DNA from: Lenisia limosa
Taxonomy: Eukaryota; Protista; Breviatea
Assembly (NCBI GenBank): GCA_001655205.1
Contig: LPNZ01009726.1
Location: 1 to 36,135 of the forward strand
DNA: 36,135 nt
Reading direction: 5' to 3'
Part shown: positions 32,901-36,135 of the stretch, one piece after another
How the letters are laid out: each line of letters opens with the position of its first letter
Position numbering within the stretch: the first letter of the stretch is position 1
Made by a program: the position numbers and the translations under genes
Notes under the pieces: generated by a model
What the model was told of the DNA's origin: nothing
Database searches by the model: none
What the model saw: the letters and a program-made list of their open reading frames with translations, nothing else

Positions 32901-35900
32901 CTCCACCCCAAACATCCTTACCTCAGTAGGTATTTCTGCTGGTGGTGAAGATGAAAGAAGAGAGGAGAGAGAAGACGAAGAGAGGAAGGCTGAAGAGAGG
33001 AAGGCACAGGAAAAGGCGCAATATTTGCAGCAGCAACAGCAACAGCAACAAATGCTCATGATGAGACAGCAACAACAACAGCAGCAGCAGCAGCAACAAC
33101 AAATGATGATGCAACAGCAGCAACAGCAACAGCAGGTCTGTACGGTTGGCATGTCTTATTTGTTGGCCACATAAAACACACCCCCCTCTCCACCCTATCA
33201 ATTAATCGGTCCTTTTCATTTATTCCCTTAGGCTGCCCAAGCCAGTTCTGCCTGGAGTACTATGCAGCAACCGCAGTACCAGCAGCCTCCGCAGGTTAGC
33301 GGGGGGAGGGGGGGGGGGGGNNNNNNNNNNNNNNNNNNNNNNNNNNNNNNNNNNNNNNNNNNNNNNNNNNNNNNNNNNNNNNNNNNNNNNNNNNNNNNNN
33401 NNNNNNNNNNNNNNNNNNNNNNNNNNNNNNNNNNNNNNNNNNNNTATATTATTCTGTCTTAAATATAACCGTCCAAGCTAATACATTTAGGCTTCTGCAG
33501 CACCTCCCCCATATGTCCCTCCCAGTGGTATGTTATATACAGGTTGTGGTTACTGAGGCGATGAATATTTTGGTATAATTTTTGAATAAAGAAAATAAAT
33601 CAATTCCTCATATTTAGAGATAATATATTGCTCCACCACTTTGTTGATTTTTAGTTGTTGTAGAATGTATCCTCACGCTGCATCGTCACAGTATTTCCTT
33701 CTTTTTATGCTGATTGCCCCCCCCCCAGGAATTGACGCAATGCTCCTTGAGGGAATGGAGGGCTTCGACCTCGACATGGACGACGACATGGACCTTGACG
33801 AAGTCGGCTTCGAAGACCTGGACGACCTTCCGTCAAAGAAGGTTGGGTTATCTTCATCTTTAGTGATGTTGTACACATGCTACACAGTCTCTTATCAAGT
33901 ACACACTATTTCCCCCTCCTACTCTTCAGAACAACAAGCCGCCCGTGCGATTTGAGGTCACCACCCCCATGGGCCAGAAGGTGGTCGTTGTTGTGGCGTT
34001 CGAGGCGTCGGTCATGGCCGTTCTCGAGGCCGTCAATCACACCGTTCCCAAGGCCAATTTCAGGTATGTATAGTGTGGGATATTTACCAAAAAACATTTG
34101 TGTCTATTGAACTTGAGATCATTTTACAGACAAGCAGGCCATTCATGTTTTTTTTGTTTTTTTGCCTTTTTTTCACTTCTTACTGATACTTCAGCAATGT
34201 CGTCGACGGCAGCGGTTATCTGTTGGCTGGACAAAGCACTGCGGGTGACGTGGCTATTACTGGTGAGAGATGAGGGGTTGGGTTGTTTTTTCAAAAACTG
34301 AGAATTAACTGGGGGGAGGGGGTTAAGTGTAGAAACTGTCTTGTTTGTACCTTTTATTCAAGCTAATTATCATATGTCACAGTACTGTAAATTATGAGTC
34401 AGCAGACTCCTCAAATACCAATTTCGTATCATAGGAACCGAATACTATGTTCTTGCTGTGGTAATCGCAATGTTTCAGCGGTTTCTGTTCACTCACACCT
34501 TTAGCTGGTCTGAAGGCGCCCTATTCCGTCAAATGCCAAGTGGCTGGAAGCGAAGGCCCCTCGCATGGCCCCGAGGGAACCCAGGGTTGGCTNNNNNNNN
34601 NNNNNNNNNNNNNNNNNNNNNNNNNNNNNNNNNNNNNNNNNNNNNNNNNNNNNNNNNNNNNNNNNNNNNNNNNNNNNNNNNNNNNNNNNNNNNTTTTTGA
34701 AGGGTGCTTCACAGACTGCAAATTCACTAGGAATACACATGGGTGGTTATTATTATTCAACAGTCCTTCTTTGAATACTGTCTTCACCAAAATGAAGCAG
34801 ACCAAAGTATATTGAATCTCACATTGCAGCATCCCAGATCCGTGTGTTCCTCACCAGCAAACACACCAATGAGAAGGCTGTTTTCCACGTGGCTGTAAGC
34901 TGGACTAAACCCATCCCTGCTTCATAAACAAGTACAAAGTAAAGGGAGTCTCCTCATACCCACAGGTCAATGCTACTATTGAGCATGTCATTGCAATTGC
35001 CAAGTCTGGCGGCACTGGTGTCAACAAATGGCTCTCCAAGGGTGGGGCTGGATTGGGTCGGGTTTTTTTNNNNNNNNNNNNNNNNNNNNNNNNNNNNNNN
35101 NNNNNNNNNNNNNNNNNNNNNNNNNNNNNNNNNNNNNNNNNNNNNNNNNNNNNNNNNNNNNNNNNNNNNNNNNNNNNNNNNNNNNNNNNNNNNNNNNNNN
35201 NNNNNNNNNNNNNNNNNNNNNNNNNNNNNNNNNNNNNNNNNNNNCACAATTTTGACTCAAATAATGAGTTTTAGGGTGGGCGTAGAGTGTCTTCATTACC
35301 CATTATTATTCACTTTCACCGATCAATACAACGAAGCCTTCCCACATCTCACCAACCAGTGCAACACATTGAACTTGCCAACGGATTCTCGCCCTTCCTC
35401 CGCGAACAGGCTCGTAGCTATGCTGACGGCATTGTATCCCACCCCGCTACTACGTCTCATTCTGGNNNNNNNNNNNNNNNNNNNNNNNNNNNNNNNNNNN
35501 NNNNNNNNNNNNNNNNNNNNNNNNNNNNNNNNNNNNNNNNNNNNNNNNNNNNNNNNNNNNNNNNNNNNNNNNNNNTGCAGGTGGGGATGGGATCTGTGAT
35601 TGTTCTTAAAAGAGTATATCATTTCTGCTTGACTTACTTTCAGATTTATTGCTGATGGTGAGGGACTTGAGCAGAAGGAGGCTGCTTTGAAATCTGCCCA
35701 AGTAAAGGAGGTGGGAATTGTGTCATTCGTCATAGATACTTTCGTTCTGTTGTTGTCTGGGTGAAACTTCCAAAATTGATATTTTCATTCCTGTTTCTTG
35801 TTTTTGTTTCAGATTTACCCCCTCCCCCCTCAGGACCTCCCCCCTCAGGACGGCAACGTAGCTCGCCTCCGCAACCACTTCAACTTCAACCCGCCTAGTG

Positions 35901-36135
35901 AGCTGGACATGATCTGGGATCTAAGGGTTATGCGTGTACCGAATTGTGTCCATTAATCTCGTAGAACTATTTTTTTTTTTTATTTGGATACCACACCCAC
36001 CATAATCCTGACATCACAACCATAATCCTGCCGATATCCAAAATCCACAATCCTAGCAACTCTGATGACCATTCAGCTGAGTCCTCCCCCAAATCCCCCC
36101 CTCTCAAGCCCGCTTCCGCAGCTCATCCATCTCCT
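29979..36135 (+). CDS. FERM-domain protein with polyQ/acidic linker and C-terminal ubiquitin-like repeats (3'-partial)
   Basis: MADTG|GKDTPIGLMDGTSVDVKLDDETTAAEL..MKVCELLRLNPDSRPYFQIWV (F1); YSLMFRV; DQTAVRLMQCEAAWNVLK|GRYIVNEETSICLSALL...AYIPKN..RWAATIYNKY (F2); AQFLKICKSLFFYGS|VFMDA..TMVAINHKGIFSF (F3). These are followed by polyQ, a DLDMDDD acidic exon, VRFEVTTPMGQKVVVVVAFEASVMAVLEAV and QIRVFLTSKHTNEKAVFHVA|VNATIEHVIAIA. No stop before the window end. Confidence 0.82.
33028..33135 (+). repeat. Coding CAG/CAA polyglutamine tract interrupted by Met
   Basis: Translates QQQQQQQQMLMMRQQQQQQQQQQQQMMMQQQQQQQ. It follows an E/R/K-rich stretch and ends at a CAG|gt donor. Confidence 0.9.

Larger units (their letters stand above)
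1219..35575. other. 14 scaffold gaps (N runs), mostly intronic and abutting G, C, A or T homopolymers
   Basis: Gaps begin near 1219, 2647, 3089, 4220, 6425, 7242, 8689, 25142, 25396, 25990, 33321, 34593, 35070 and 35465. Confidence 0.95.

Noticed and set aside
32748-33201. Poly-Cys and poly-Leu ORFs on the - strand
   Set aside because: Reverse-complement readings of the CAG/CAA polyQ tract of the FERM gene.
35813-35850. Direct repeat CCCCCTCAGGAC x2 as tandem alternative acceptors
   Set aside because: Reads through in frame as IYPLPPQDLPPQDG from an upstream acceptor, so it is most simply a short coding duplication.
1-36135. CRISPR array, transposase/RT, rRNA or recoded genetic code
   Set aside because: No regularly spaced repeats and no mobile-element or rRNA motifs were seen. 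The confidently spliced genes translate with the standard code, and apparent in-frame stops resolve as GT-AG introns.

Overview
Eukaryotic, intron-dense, AT-rich scaffold window with 14 N-gaps, most beside homopolymer runs. Introns are canonical GT-AG and mostly short, so the ORF track shows only fragments; the gene models below were spliced by eye. Order: 3' end of an unknown gene (+); bacterial-type D-3-hydroxybutyrate dehydrogenase with 10 introns (-); predicted secreted/GPI-anchored protein (+); IQ-repeat protein (-); tRNA-Asn(GUU) (-); DENN-domain Rab GEF (-); an ~8 kb membrane guanylyl cyclase gene whose two catalytic domains are in swapped order relative to mammalian adenylyl cyclase (+); bHLH transcription factor (-); ankyrin-repeat protein (+); Oca6-like PFA-DSP pseudophosphatase (-); and a large FERM/polyQ/ubiquitin-like-repeat protein that runs off the window (+). 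The gene content suggests an amoebozoan-like protist, but that is inference. I see no CRISPR array, transposase or operon-like novel system. The best leads are the inverted-domain guanylyl cyclase, the intronised bacterial-type HBDH, the bHLH gene and a recurring pattern of G-runs after splice donors and C-runs before acceptors.
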